Shown: piece after piece, positions 62,828 through 64,000 of the stretch | How the letters are laid out: every line of letters begins with the position of its first letter | Numbering within the stretch: the first letter of the stretch is position 1 | Origin: Octopus sinensis | Lineage: Eukaryota | NCBI RefSeq assembly: GCF_006345805.1 | Contig: NC_043017.1 | Coordinates: 15,686,001 to 15,750,000 of the forward strand | Direction: 5' to 3' | Length of the DNA stretch: 64,000 nt | Notes under the pieces: generated by a model | Database searches by the model: none | Told to the model about the DNA's origin: nothing | The model's input: only the letters and a program-made list of their open reading frames with translations | Program-made: the position numbers and the translations under genes

Positions 62828-63820
62828 AAGATGGCAAGCTGGCAGAATTGTTAGCAGATTGGGTAAAATGCTTTACAGCATTTCTTCCAACTTTACATTC
62901 TGAGTTCAAATTCCACCAGTGTCAACTTTCATCGTTTGAGGATTGATGAAACACAAGTACCAGTCATGCACTGGGCGGTCAATGTAATCAGCTGGCATCC
63001 CCCCCCCCCTAAATTTTAGGCCTTCTGCCAATCATAGAAAGGAACATTATTCTCTCTATTATAGACTTTCGGGGCTTGAAATTTTGCAGTGGGGTGTAAG
63101 TTTATTACATTGACCCCAGTGCATGACTGGTACTTGTTTTATTGACCCTGAAAGGAGGAAAGGCAAAGTCTACATTGGCATAATTTGAACTCAGAATGGC
63201 AGAATTGTTACCATACCAGACCAAATACTTAGTGCCAGTTCCTCACCTCCTGAGTTCAAATGTTGCCAAAGTCAACTTTGTTTTTCACCTTTTTATGGAT
63301 TAATAAACTACCAAGAACTGGGATTGATGTAATCAACTCCTCCTTTCCCCCTGAAATTGCAGGCCTTGTGCCAAAATTTGAAACCATCATAAAACGGTTT
63401 GCCGAATTGTTCGTGTACGTCGAGAAGAAAACAATTAGGAGTATTTCTTCTGACTTTTTACATTTGGAGCTCAAATGCTGCTGGGTGTCACTTTGCCTTT
63501 CAAGCCTATTGGGGTCAGTAAAATAAAATACCAGTTGAGCACTGGGGCTGATGTAGTTGACTTGCTCTTCCTCTTGAAATTGATGGCTTTTTTCTCAAAT
63601 TTGAAACCCTTATTATTATTATTATTATTATGGTGGCTAGCTGCTGGACAAAATGCTTAGCAGTATTTTGCCCATCACCACGTTCTCAGTTCAAATTCTG
63701 CCTAGGTCAACTTTACCTTTGATCCTTTCGGGGTCAATAAGTCGAGTACTGGGGTTGATGTAATCAACTACCCCACCTCCAAATTTCAGGCCTTGTGCCT
63801 GTAATAGAAAGGATTATTAT
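62828..63820. mobile_element. cluster of about five Meta-like SINE copies, one inverted at about 63050-63200
   Basis: Repeated gttcaaat B-box, ggggtcaat/gat core, and both tail types. Confidence 0.75.
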
Positions 63821-64000
63821 TATTTATTCAGTAGTCTTATTTTTATCATGTGCTTTCACTGCACTACCAAGCACAGCTCTGTGTGCCTTGGGTATGTGCT
63901 GTAGTCTGCTGTGGTGCTCTTCTTTTTACTGTATTGAAAGTGTTTTATGTAGGATGTGTGCAGTGCCTCGAAGTGCCATATTCTGTGGGTTGTATACACT

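Overview
This is AT-rich eukaryotic non-coding DNA dominated by microsatellites ((TA)n, (CA)n, (GATA)n, (TATG)n, (TTA)n) and nested, decayed transposons. The SINE families and repeat spectrum resemble an octopus (cephalopod) genome; this is inferred from recalled family sequences, not from a search. No host protein-coding gene can be called with confidence. Nearly all long ORFs in the track are repeat artefacts, and only a few short candidate exons were seen. Recognisable elements are two mariner and one maT-like DNA transposon, Penelope-like elements (PLEs) resembling the Neptune, Poseidon and Naiad clades, RTE, CR1, Tx1/L1, R4/Dong and CRE LINE fragments, a non-autonomous Helitron, MITEs and many tRNA-derived SINEs. 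The main observations are: (1) about eleven intact, partial or decayed minimal type I hammerhead ribozyme motifs in short PLE-like fold-back elements next to (TA)n, including a possible ~535-nt retrozyme-like unit and a palindromic element present twice; (2) a ~1.86-kb array of a 17-bp unit that arose from the endonuclease-coding sequence of a Dong/R4 retrotransposon; (3) a SINE whose 3' tail matches the 3' end of a Tx1/L1-type LINE; (4) the 3' half of an HDV-like ribozyme at an RTE 5' end; and (5) an apparently perfect 3x189-bp triplication starting at a splice-donor-like site. Boundaries of decayed elements are approximate and were read by eye.
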